Below the pieces are notes generated by a model. It did no database searches. It was given only the letters and a program-made list of their open reading frames with translations, and was not told the DNA's origin. 64,000 nucleotides of DNA. Origin: Azolla caroliniana (lineage: Eukaryota > Plantae > Polypodiophyta). Of this stretch, positions 49,238 to 61,859 are shown in pieces. How positions within the stretch are numbered: the stretch's first letter is position 1; every line of letters starts with the position of its first letter. A program made the translations under genes and the position numbers. The stretch is from assembly GCA_043228905.1 (NCBI GenBank), contig JBHGNT010000004.1:14818001-14882000 (forward strand). Direction: 5' to 3'.

Positions 49238-51280
49238 ATGGAAAATCAACCGGAGGCTAGCAACATGATGATGATGTTCGAGCGCATGCTACAAGAACAA
49301 CGCGCGATGTCGGAGATAGCGGCATCAGTGGAGCGGCTCGTGCAACGAAACGGGCAATTCAACGGGAAAGACGTGTCACGGTATCTTCGGGACTACAAGG
49401 CGGAGATGCTACGATGCGGAATATCGGAAGGACTGCAAGTGACGTCCTTCAACCGGGTGGCGACCGACGGGCTTCAAGCAAGCATCCATGGGCTACGACA
49501 ACAAAATCCGACATGGGAGGCGTTTGAAGAAGAGCTAAAGAGGATGTTTGCCATCGAGGATTCCTCGAAGGCGACGCGAAGGGGATTCGAAGATTGGGTG
49601 GAGACGCCGGACAAGGGATTGAAGGTCGTTGATGTGTTTTCGGCATTCGAAAGCCGGTTCGGGAGGTTGTCCGCGAGAGATCAAGCTATCCTCGTAGCGG
49701 TCAAGGTGATCATGTTCTTGCGAGCCGTGGACGTCCGGGACCGGAAAGATCTCGGAGTGCTCTTGGAGGACACGACCACGGAGAGTGGCCTCACCGAAAC
49801 ATGGGAAAGTGTGCGGGATATCGTCGCGCGATACACGAAGAGGGGGCAATGGCTTGCCAACGAGGAAAAGAGGGTTTCGGAACCGATTCCGAAACCGAGA
49901 ACCGGATTGGAAGACCATCAACCGAGGGCTCGGGAGACTACAACCAAGAAGGGGATTGATGCATCTACGGTGGAGCAACTATTGAAGGAGATGGAGAATC
50001 TGAAGATCGCGATGGTGAAGAAGTCGGATGACCGCCCCACAAGCTCCAAGTATACGGACCGACGGTGCATATGGTGTGATAGCGCCGAACACGATCGAAG
50101 GGATTGTGATGAGCATAAGGAGGCGCTACGGCGGGATCTCATCTACTACGAGGGAAACCAGATTCATTCGATGGACTCTCGGAAGCCACTCCGACCGAAC
50201 TTCCGGAAAGGCGGCATGAAGAAGGTGCTCGAGGAGGAATTGGCAGCAAGAAGCAACTATGCGACAACCGCGGGAATATGTGTCGGGGAGTCATCGAGAG
50301 CAAAGACGTCTTTTTGGCCGGAAGTTCTAGAAAACACCGAGAAAACCGACTCCAACGAGATCCGAAGCACTGCGGAAGGCGTTTGGGAAGCTACGGGATG
50401 GGAGTGCCCTGTCGACAAGAATAGCGTATACGCCCTGTGTCAACTGTATAAGGTGTATGTGGACGAGAAATGACGACGCACGGAGGATGCGGGCAGGCCA
50501 TCGAAGATACCGGAAAGCTGGAACTCCGGAGGTAAGGGAAAAGAAAAGGCAACTCCGACATTCAAGCTCACCTCGGACATAGAACAACAAACCGACTTGA
50601 AAAGAGTGTTCGAGGAAAGGATCTTGGATAGCCGGGTAGATTTCTCGCTTCGGGAGCTACTCGGAATAGCAAAGAAGGAGTTCCACGATCTTCTCGTGGA
50701 TCTCGTGAAGTGAAAAAGACAAAGTACGGAGGAAAATGCTCCAAGGGTGAATGCGAACACCGTTTTAATGAACGACACCGAAGTGGAGGACGAAATTCCA
50801 AACTCCCACTATACAAGGCCACATTGGGCACGCGCGACTACGGAGACTCCGGTCCGAATCGGCAACATCAAAGAACCCGTGCTAGCATTGATTGATCACG
50901 GATCGGAGATCAACTTGATGTCCAAGGAGTTCTACCGGAAGGGGAAGTGGCCTATTAACACCAACCATGGATGGAAGATTCGGGCGGCCACCAAAGCAAC
51001 GGAAGATCTATTTGCGGCTTGTCCGGATGTGACGGTGAAGATCGGGGATGTCAAGATCGACCAAAATTTCTTCGTGCAAGATGAGGTTTCACATTCCGTC
51101 ATCCTCGGCCAACCCTTTATCACGGCATCACGGATGGAGACGAAGGTGCTCGATCGCGGTGCTGTTTTTGCGCGAATTCGGAGCCAAAACGGTGGGAAAT
51201 CCGTCCAATTCATAACAGTGCCGGCAAATCACGAAAGGAACAAGAGGGAACTCTTGTCCCAAGTGAGAATGGATTTTTAA
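49238..51280 (+). pseudogene. G6 gag-protease (single frame broken by two TGA codons)
   Basis: 411-aa open gag (GQFNGKDVSRYL, CIWCDSAEHDRRDC), then ALIDHGSEINLMS protease ending MDF*. Confidence 0.92.
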
Positions 51281-51334
51281 AGCGGACTGTTGCGGAGTGG
51301 GGAAGTGATAGTCCGAGAAGCCCTGATACCCCAC
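51271..51334 (+). other. Putative -1 ribosomal frameshift signal (G GAT TTT + H-type pseudoknot) of G6
   Basis: Heptamer 51271-51277, stem 51283-51293/51305-51315, and GTGGGG 51297-51302 pairing with CCCCAC 51329-51334. The -1 frame is open to 51723. Confidence 0.7.
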
Positions 51335-51869
51335 ACAGGAAGAAAACTCTCGGAGCAAAACATGTACGAATTGGTCCGGATGGGGCATCTACATACACGA
51401 CCGTAACCGGAGGATTGAAGAAAGGATACCGACAAGTGGAGGATAAGTTGCGGTCGGCATCAATAATAAAAGAAGATGAACAAATCATGGGGATAGTCAA
51501 ACAAGTGTTCTATGGGAGCATGCTACAACGACTTGAAGAGCTTGCGGAATATAAAAGCCAAGGGAACCGGGTAGTCCCCGTGGAATCGGTCGAGATGTAC
51601 AAGATCATTGTGAAAATGGAGCCGGATACGCTCCGCAAAGAAGAAGCAATGGTAAGTACGAAATACAAGACCGTGGAAGGAAGAAGAGGTAAGTCCAAAA
51701 GTTCTTCTTGGAAAACGGATTAATATGGAGGGCGCCGAAAAGACCGGATGGTATACCACTTCGAGTAGTCGGGACAAAAGAGCAACGAAACCGGATAATG
51801 TCCAAGTTTCACGAATCCGATTGGTGTGGACACCGAGGAACATGGGCAACATTTGTGAAGATCAAGCAA

Positions 51870-53030
51870 AAATAATGGTGGAAGAAAATGTACAAAGATG
51901 TCGCAGAGTTCACGGAAAGCTGCGAGAAATGTCAAGTCTACTCCGGGGTTCGACATCGAGATGAGTTACATCCGACATTCTCACCGACAATCATATTCAA
52001 GTGGATGGTCGACATAGTGGCCATGCCGACCGGGATCGGACAAAAGAAATACTTGGTATTAGCTCGGGAAGATCTCACGAATCAAGTAGAAGGTCGAGCG
52101 CTTTAGAGGAAAACGTGTTCCGCCGTATGCCAATTTCTTTCGGAGGAAGTATTTTGCAGGTACGGGTGCGTAGGGCAAGTGATTGCGGACCAGGGAGAAC
52201 TCGACTCGAACAAAGCTAGGGGATTCTTCGCCAAACACGGAGTTCGGTTATAGCTGAGAACGGCATACAATCCGGAGGCCAACGGGAAAATCGAACGAGG
52301 ACATAGTCTGATCGTGAAAGCACTTGCGAAGGCATGCGATGGAAAGGTGAAGGACTGGCCGCAGATGCTTCCGTATGCACTATAGGCGGATCGGACGACG
52401 CATAGCTCCGTAACCGGTTACATGCCGGCAGAACTCATGACCGGACAAGCACCGGTAATGCCGACGGAAACCGCGATCGCAACATGGACAGTGCTACCGT
52501 GGAAGGAAGAGATGAGCCGGGAAGAACTACTAGTGGTCCGGATACGACAACTAGAGGGAAGACCGGCAGACATAGCGGAAACAATACGCCGACAACAAGA
52601 AGCACGGTTCCGGAACAAAAGCTGGTTCGACACAAAGCACTGACTACGACCGAGGAGGATTGAAGAAGGAGATTGGGTGATCGTCTATGACAGTAGTTTG
52701 GACCATCAACATACAACGATGCGGAAATTCGCGAAAAGGTGGTTCGGGCCATACGAGGTTCGGAAAGTCTTCGACAACGGAACGTACCGACTGTCCGAGT
52801 TGGATGGAACAATACTACGAGTGCTTATAGACGGGAAGCGGGTGAAGATTTTCAAGAAGCGGACCGACGACAAAACCTATGTGAGCCAAGCCAAGGCCGA
52901 CAACGAGGAGCAATCGGACGAAGACCACGGTGATGTGGGAAGCGAAGAAAGTGAATTACAACTCATAGTCGACATTAGGGGAGAATCGGAGGAAGCTTTG
53001 GGTGAAGACGGATATGAGGAATCGAGAACT
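51870..53030 (+). pseudogene. G6 integrase
   Basis: Motifs C..C, KWMVDIVAMP, AYNPEANGKIERGH and RWFGPY. Confidence 0.9.
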
Positions 53031-54013
53031 TCGGCACATACCGGAGGATGTGCGGGTTCGGAGGGGGCGAGTGTCGTAGTGTATTCCACACACTACGTGA
53101 AAACCATAAAATAATATATCCGATTTTAGATACATATAAATAAATAAATAATATATCAAAATATTTATCACGTGCATAAGGCGAGATTCGAACCCTATAC
53201 CTCCACATAGCCAAACCTCAACTTTACCATTATGCTACCTTATCTTTAGTGTTCTACAAATAGATTTAATAACTATAAGTGCTTTATTTGCGCCTACCTT
53301 TATTAAAAGGTAAATCATGCATTTTTAGAGTGCGTGAATATTTTATAGAAAAACGCAAGCAACTAAAAAGTGACTCATGCACATCTAGCGTGCATGAGCA
53401 CTATATTTAGCAAATAAAAGCAAGGATTAGAAAAGCATCACATGCACATTTAGTGTGCATGAACATATTAGAAAAAAGCATGTAGCTATGCTTAGTCTCT
53501 CCCATCACTATATAAGGATGGGGAGCACATTGTAGTTTTTGTTGATTTTTTTTTCTATAATGATCAATCAATCTAAAATATTCGTGGGATTCACAAGATT
53601 CTTATCTTATAACTCTTTATACCTATTCTTTACTAGCCTTATTTGTATTCTTCTTTCTCCTAGTCCAAAACCTCGGCGGTTCCCACCCAACTCACGCAAT
53701 GATCCAGAGCCGAAAGGCACGACAACGTGGATATGAGGAGCACAATAGAGAAAAAACCTCATAATTTCCTCGTCAAATATCCAAATTAGAAAAGAAAATA
53801 TGCATAAGAAAGCTAACCCAAAGAGCTTTCCAAGAATATCTTGCATGCAAAACTTGGGGCTAGAAAACATAAATAGCGAGGAATATTAGAAGAAGACGAC
53901 AACATATCATGGGTCATGGAGGAAGCCTCATTTAACGATATAATCGGAGAAATAGAGAGTATTGTGGACTTGAGCCCTCATGAGAAAAATACGATTCAAG
54001 TCACTCCATCAAC

Positions 54014-57000
54014 ATGTATACCACCATTGACGAATGCCGACGAGGGGTCATGGAGGAGTTGGTAAAACTAAACACAAAATATAAATTAGTAGATAAGAAG
54101 GTCAAGTTGGTAGCTATTCCGTTACCGGAGGATAGTTGGCAAAGGATTAAAGAAGTTACCAAGGATCCAAGTCTCAGAGACCCAAAAGGGATAGGTCATA
54201 CCTTCTCCGATGAATCAAGAGGGAAACTCCATGTCCGGAAGGATGACTTCCTTCTCCCCGAAGAAGAAGAATGGTTTAGGATGATGCTTGAGAGACATGG
54301 GAAAGCCTTCCCCTTCTCTCCACAAGAAATCGGATGTGCCGACATGAAGATGATAGAGCCGATGGTGATATTTACGGTGCCACATGTACCTTGGAACCTC
54401 AAGCCGATACCGGTTCCAAGAGCTCAAATTCCGAAGTTGATTGAGCTTCTAAAGGAAAGGGTTAGGATGGGAATTCTTGAGCCCTCCAATGCTCCCTACT
54501 CCAATAGATGGTTTACGGTGCCGAAGAAGAACGAGTCCTTACACTTTATTCAAGATCTCCAACCCGTCAACAAGGTGACGATCCGAAATGCCGGAATTGA
54601 TCCAAGCGTGGATGAATTCGCCAAAGCCTTCGCGGGAAGATCGATCTATTCCGTTGGTGATCTCTACTCGGGCTCTAATCAATTTCAATTGTCAGTCAAT
54701 TGTAGAGACATTACAACAATGAGGACACCGATCGGCTTGGTAAGGATGTGCACCTTACCCCAAGGTGCGACAAACTCCGTAGCCCACATGGTGAATGCCA
54801 TGAACAAAGTGTTAAAGGATTGTATTCCTGATATCACAATGCCTTTCTTGAATGACATTCTGATCAAAGGATGCTCGGTGGAAGAAAAAGATGAATCAAA
54901 AGATGAAAATGGTTGCCGAAGATTCGTCATCAATCATATAAAGGATAGCGAGAAGGTGCTGCAAAAGCTTGAGGATGCAAATCTCACGTTTTCGGGAGAG
55001 AAGTCCGCATTCGGTCAACCAGAAATATCTCAAGGAAGAAGGATCTTATGGCTAGAAGCCATCTCCATCCAATGTGAATGCTATCCAAGAAATGAAAGAG
55101 GAGTGTGAGTACCAAACAGAGGTGAGAAGATTCTTGGGAGCATGTGCGTTCTACCACATATGGATTCCACACTATGCCCATGTCGTTGAACCATTGTATG
55201 GGCTACTAAAGAAAAGGAGGAAGTTTGAATGGGAAGACAAGCATACCTACACGGTTCAAAAGTGGAAGAAACTATTATTGGAAGATCTAACATTACGCAA
55301 AGCCGACTACACCGAAGGTAGCCCGATATATGTGACAGTGGATACGAGCCCAACCGGAATTGGATGGGTGGTTAACCAAGAAGACAAAGACAAAAATCAG
55401 TATGCAATCTCATTCGGTGCAAAATGTGATGACCGAAAGACAAAGAAAGTACGCCCAAGTGAGGAGAGAGCTATGGGGTATAGTATCTGCAGTTAAAACT
55501 GATCGCGACTACCTTATCGGAACGGAAGTCATAATCGAAACCGATTGTCTACCAATTCTCGGGATGATATCCGGTTGTGCTATGCCAGATATTGCTATGC
55601 TACGATGGATTGCGTATATCAAGTCGCTCAACCCCGAGATTCGACATATAACTGGGAAACATAATGTGGTGGCCAATATATTGTCAAGGGCAAGGTACGA
55701 GGGTGAAGAAGATCCGCACTCCGATGAAGAGGATGTTGGCCTAAACTTCTTTACGGTTTCTTGTGCTCGGGTGCTAGAGGGGTTTAAAGTAGAATATTAT
55801 GAGGGTGAATTCATCGAAATTGGCAAGTACTTACGCTCTCTTAGAAAGGATGAAGCATGGTCAAAGGAAGACTTCTACCGAATTAGGAAGAAGGCCTACA
55901 AGTTCTTCCTCAATGAAGGACATCTTATGGAAGTTTCCATAGAGGAAGAATGGAACTCCACTTCAAGTGGTGTGCAAGAAACAAGATCAACAAACACTAA
56001 TTGCTGAATTTTATTATAGTGTGTGGGCAGGTCATCGAGGTATATGGGCAACTTTTGCAAAGCTCAAGGAGAAGTATTGGTGGCCGGGTGTTTACAAAGA
56101 TGTAGCAAGCTATGTTGAAACATGTGCGCAATGCCAATTATACTCGAATGTTCAACATATGGATGAACTTCATCTGACATATCCATTATCAATGCACTAT
56201 AATTGGTTGGTAGACATAGTGGTTATGCCAATGGGATTGTGGCAAATGAGATACCTTGTGCTAGCAAGAGAGGATCTCACCAACAAAGTAGAAGGTCGGG
56301 CACTAAGGAATAAAACAACTTTGGCGGTTTGCAAGTTTCTCCTTGAAGATGTTATTTGTCGATACGGATATGTCAGAAAAATAGTAGCTGATACAGGAGA
56401 ATTAAATGCAAATGAAGCTAAAGAGTTTTTCTCAAGGATAGGCGTCAAATTACCATGGCATCCAACCTGGAGGCAAATGGAAAGGTGGAGCGGGGACATA
56501 GCTCGGTTGTAAAAGCTCTAGCAAAGGCTTGCGATGGGAAGATGGGGGACTGGCCACGATTATTACCATATAAATTGTGGGCGAATAGAACAACACATAG
56601 CATGACTACTGGATATATGCCATCCGAGCTCATATTAGGGCAAAAACCAATAATGTCTATCGAGCAAAGTGTTACCTCATGGAAGGCGTTGCCATGGCAA
56701 GAGGAGATGAGTCGAGAAGACTTGCTAGCTACAAGGATCCAACAATTAGAATGGAGACCCAAAGATGTCGAGGTAGCAATAGAATGGTTACATGAGGCTC
56801 GATTGAGGAACAAGGAGAATTTTGATAAAAAGCATCGTCTTTGTCTAAGAAAAATGGAAGAAGGAGTTGGGATACTTGTCTATGATAGCAACCTTGATAG
56901 TCAGCATAGCACTACTCGAAAGTTTGTGAAATGATGGTTTGGTCCATACGTGGTTAAGCAAATAGGAAACAATGCAACCTATTTTGTAGCGGAGCTAGAT

Positions 57001-57100
57001 GGAACTCGACTTGCTTTGCCAATTGCAGGGAAGAGAATCAAGATCTTTAAGAGAAGAAAGAGCACAAATCCTGAAATCGAACCTCTAGACTTCGAGGTTT
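54014..57100 (+). pseudogene. G5 pol (RT-RNase H-integrase)
   Basis: Motifs YSNRWFTVPKK, QDLQPVNKVTI, LPQGATNS, PFLNDILIKG, VDTSPTGIG, GHRGIWAT, EANGKVERGH and WFGPY. Confidence 0.93.
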
Positions 57101-57172
57101 AAAAAGAATAAGCAGTAGCAGCTAACAATCATTGGCACATACTGGAGGTTGTGCATGTTTGATGGGGGTGGA

Positions 57173-58739
57173 TGTCGTGATGTTTTCGACACATAGTGTG
57201 AAACCATCCTTAAAAGATAATAGTAGTCCAAATAAACTAATGTTGTTAAGTCAACTATAGTAATAAATGAAAGGATAAAAAGTTAGAAGCGGTTTTCAAA
57301 AGTAGACAAAAAGATGGGGAGAAAAGAAGAAGAAGCATGCGTGGATATGAGGAGCATAGTAGAGAAAAAAGCTCATAATTTTGTTGTGAAATGTCCAAAT
57401 TAGAAAAGAAAAGATGCATAAGAAAGCCAACCTAAAGAGCTTTCCAAGAATATCTTGCATATGAAATTTGAGGCTAGAAAACAGAAATAGTGAGGAAAGG
57501 AAAGGTCAACTCATATAGACAAGCTTTTTTGTAGGGGAAAAAGGCAAGCAATCCTAAACCTATAAATAAGAGCCTATTCTAGTGAAGAACAGGTTGAGGG
57601 AGAAGGAACGCAGAAGCTCTACTCAATTGGAACGCGGAAGAAGAAGGATCAAAAACATCGAGAGGCATCATCAACAAAGAAACTCCTTCTATACTCCACT
57701 CTTTTCTTTCCTCCACCTCTCTTCCCCCATTCATTTATAAATAATCCTTCATATTCACATCCAAGCCATTGTAACATGATTCTTATATTTTAAAAGAATC
57801 TATTATATTGATATAAACTAATTTTTTCTTTCATCTACTTGTCTTATGTGTTAATCTTGATTGTACTTATTTGTTATCGTCATTTGTGCTTATTTGTTTG
57901 TGTGTCTTGTGACAAGGGAGTGTTTTGGGCTTGCCCATGCACCTCTCCTTTCACAAAGGCATTCAAACCTACGTGTCTTATATGTTATCGTCGTTTGTGC
58001 TTATTTGTTTGTGTCTTGTGGCAAGGGAGCATTTCTGGCTTGCCCATGCACCTCTCCTTTCACAAAGGAAAATTGTGTCTTGCATGTTAGTGTAAATCTT
58101 GCTTGTGTGTTTGTGCGACTTGTGGCAAGGGAGTGTTCGGGCTTGCCCATGCACCTCTCCTTTCACAAACGCATTCAAACTTACGTGTCTTGCGTGTTAG
58201 TGTAAATCTTGCTTGTGTGTTCATGCAGCTTGTGGCAAGGGAGCGTTCGGGCTTGCCCATGCACCTCTCCTTTCACAAAGGAAAATTGTGTCTTGCATGT
58301 TAGTGTAAATCTTGCTTGTGTGTTCGCGCGGCTTGTGGCAAGGGAGCATTCGGGCTTGCCCATGAACCTCTCTTTTTCACAAACGCATTCGAAACTTTGT
58401 CTCTCATGTGTGTAAGTCAGCCTTTTCCTTGTGTGTTCATGTGTCTTGTAACAAGGGAGTGTTCGGGCTTGCCCATGCACCTCTCTTTTCACAAAGGCAT
58501 TCGAAACTTTGTCTCTCGGGTGTGTAAGTAAGCCTTTTCCTTGTGTGTCCGTGTCTAAGCCTTCCTCACGTGCATTCGTTCACCTTGTGACTAGGGGTTG
58601 ATTCGGGCTTGCCCATGCACCTCTCCTTTTCACAAACACGTTCAAATACTCGTTCCTTATTTGTGTAAGCCTTCCTTGTGTTGTGGGTGTGAGGCCTATT
58701 TCCTTCCCATCCATAACCCCGGCGGTTGTGCCTCACGAT
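57173..58739 (+). repeat. G5 3' LTR (~1.57 kb)
   Basis: Follows the PPT, matches 48338-48522 + 53725-53883, and has TATAAAT at 57561. Confidence 0.8.
57870..58640. repeat. Degenerate tandem array of ~7 units (103-140 bp) inside the G5 LTR
   Basis: GCTTGCCCATG(C/A)ACCTCTC at 57929, 58038, 58141, 58251, 58354, 58467 and 58607. Confidence 0.9.
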
Positions 58740-61700
58740 CCGCACATAGTGATGATAACACATTAGCACCGAACCCCATATGGGAAGCATTTGCAGATTG
58801 TGAAATAACGTTGACCATGGATAAGCTCCTCCACGTGGCTCCACGATTCTGCCAGGTGGTAGAGAACCGTATACGAGGCACAACCGGATTAGATGTCTTG
58901 GCCAATTTCGCGGAGTCTAGTATTGGCCCAGCAGTAGTAGATCACCACAATCCGGCCATTAAATTGGTACTGAAGGGTCAAGAAATACCATGATGCATCG
59001 TCGATGGGGGGTCCGGTGTAAACGTCATTAGTACAAGTACGTGTACTCGATTGGGCATTATAGATTGGGATGCAGGCCCTTTTTGGCTTTGTATGGCGAA
59101 CACTCGTTCCATCAGGCCCCTCGGGTTAATTTGGAAATTAGGAATTGTCATCGGAGGCCATCACTTTGACATCTCTGTGGTGGTGCTCGCAGTAGATGCT
59201 CTGGGAGCGTATCCAATTTTGTTGGGCAGACCATGGTTATTCTCTGCCAACATCAAGCAGAAGTGGCAACATAACTGTATCAGCTTCCGTCGAGGCCGCA
59301 ACAAAGTTCGTGTACCTACGCAGGAAACAGCGGCCCCAACCAAGGGCATAAAGCCATTATACGCCGAAGATATTAATATGCTGGAAGGATTGGATGATAC
59401 TGAGCTTGAGGCATACCTCGATGAAAACCCGCGGATCGTGCCATTATTCGAAATTGACGTAATGGAAACCGTTGGGGAGTATGCCCCAACCAATACACTT
59501 CAAGAAGAGGAGTACGAGCCTGATCCTGAGTCGATAATAGAGTTAAGTAGGGCACGAGAAGCGTTCGAAAAAGAAATGGAAATCTCGTGTCGAGTCACCG
59601 CTTCGACATTAGAAAAAGTCAACATCAGAACTATGACGGTGCCTCGGCTACTCTCAATTGCTAGGGACTTGACCTCAAGTGAGAAGACGGCAATGACAGA
59701 ACTGCTCTGGGAATATTAGGATGTTTTCGCATGGTCACACGAGGATATGAAAGGGTTGGATCCGAAATTTTATCAACACAAGATCAACTTGTCCATTGAC
59801 GCGAAACCTGTGCAGCAACGACGCTATCGAATGAACCCGAATGACGCGGCTCACGTAAAAGAAGAAATTGACAAACTGTTGAAAACAGAGTTCATTCGGC
59901 CGGTAAAACAAGCCACGTGGCAGAGTCCAATAGTCATTGTGCCGAAGAAAAATGGGAAAATATGCATCTGCGTGGATTATTGTAAGCTAAACGTCATAAC
60001 AATTACGGGTCGTTTCCCTTACATTTTACAGATATCGTACTAGACACCATCGCGGGCCATGACATGTATAGTTTTTTGGATGGCTTCAGTGGATACAATC
60101 AAGTACACATGCACCCTGATGACCAAGAGAAGACTGTGTTCGTCATGGACTAGGGCGTGTTTGTTGCCGTAGTAATGATGTTTGGTCTAAAACCGGTGCC
60201 CGTCACTTTCCAACGAGCAATTATGGTGATTTTTGGAGAATATATACCTGCATTTATGCAAGTTTTTCTCGAAGACTTTGCGGTGTATGGAACGCGAGGT
60301 GAACATTTGGGGCATCTACGGCTTTGTTTGGAACACTACCATACGTCACGCCTCAGTCTTAATCCGGCGAAATGTGCATTTGGTGTCACCAGCAGAGCAC
60401 TCCTCGGACATATAGACCCTAACAAAATCACGGCAATCATTGAAGCGAAGACCTCGACTAATGCCAAAGCCCTTAGCCTCTTCTTAGGACAAATACGTTG
60501 GCATAGCCGTATGTTATGATACTTGGCGGATTTCACGACTCCATTACACACCGCCGTACATCGTACTCCTTTCAAGTGAACAACAGTAGATGACAAAGCG
60601 TATGAGGCACTGAAGATAATGTTAACCCAAGCACCAGTCGTACAACCACAAGATTGGACGAAACCTTTTCACGTATTTGTAGATGCCTCACACATCGCAA
60701 TAGGCAGCGCATTGATGCAGCTCACAGAGCCTAATTGGTATTGACCGGTTTATTACGCCAGTCATAAGTTATCAAATGCCGAACGGAACTACTCCAGGAC
60801 CGAGCATGAGGCCTTGGGTATGATCTACAACATCAACAAATTTCAGCATTATCTACTCGGGCGGAAATTTACGTTTCACGTAGACCACACGACGTTACTC
60901 TACCTAGTCCAGAAGCAGACGTTAAAAGGGAAGCTTGCCAGATGGATGCTACTGCTCCAAGAGTTCGACTTTGTGATTCAACATCGGCCGGGTACACAAC
61001 ATGCCATAGCTGATTTCTTAAGCAGAGTAGACAACGGTGATAACGCGTTGCGACAAGATGATGACTTTCCCGACGTTGATATTCTGCAGGTCGCGACCAT
61101 AGTGTCATGAGAAGAAAAGAATTTTCCGGATCACTGGCTAATGAAGATGACTTACTTTTTGACCACGGAGTTGCCACCACCACAGCTACGGATGGACGAA
61201 AAGAAACGACTAGCAGTCCGGAGTCATAACTTTTGTCTAGGCAAAGGCATACTCTACCATAAAGGTAACGATGGAATTTCGCGGCGCAGAATACGGCAGG
61301 ATGAGAAGGAAGCCGTACTATGTGAAGCTCATTGTGGTACGACTGGTGGACATTACGCATGTGATGTTACGGCTAGAAAAGTATGGCAAGCGGGTCTCTG
61401 GTAGCCAACTACACAAAAGGACGCGTATCAATACTGTAAACAATGTGATCTATGTCAACGCTTGGCGCAACCTACTGAGCTCGCAAGAATGCCTCACCAA
61501 CCAGTACTCCCGCTTGACCCATTCCCAAAATGGGACCTCGATTTTGTCGGTCCCTTTACGCCAGCAGCAGCATGGATAGGCAACAAATACATCCTTGTGG
61601 GCACAGATTACTGCACAAAGTGGGTAGAAACCAAATTGTTACAGGACAATACTGCAACTCCATGTCAAGATTCCTCAATGAACACATATGGTGCCATTTT

Positions 61701-61859
61701 GGTTGCCCAATAGAACTCATAAGCGACCAAGGGAGCCTTTTCTTGAATTCGGTCATCCACGAACTCACGCACCATTACGTCGTAGTACACAAGAAAAATC
61801 CACCATATTACCCACAGGCGAATGGGTTAGCAAAATCCACGAATAAGACGCTACAGACT
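58740..61859 (+). pseudogene. G4 protease-RT-RNase H-integrase (Athila/Tat-like), truncated
   Basis: Motifs [59 protein letters not shown] and YYPQANGLA. Confidence 0.93.

Larger units (their letters stand above)
48523..53724 (+). mobile_element. Gypsy G6 (tRNA-Trp PBS), both LTRs, RT/RNase H deleted, decayed 4-bp TSD ATAT/ACGT
   Basis: LTRs at 48523-49198 and 53072-53724, PBS 49203-49220, PPT GAGGGGGCGAG. Confidence 0.92.
48338..58739 (+). mobile_element. Gypsy G5 (G1/G6-related) inserted in G4; 5' LTR split by G6 and truncated, gag-protease deleted
   Basis: LTR start TGTC(A/G)TGATGTTTTCGACACATAG at 48338 and 57173; the 5' LTR continues at 53725-53883. PPT GATGGGGGTGGA precedes 57173. The right end is approximate. 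Confidence 0.82.

Noticed and set aside
50471-50473. Programmed stop-codon readthrough at the end of G6 gag
   Set aside because: TGA CGA CGC is better explained as CGA>TGA deamination. The homologous G1 frame is open through this region.
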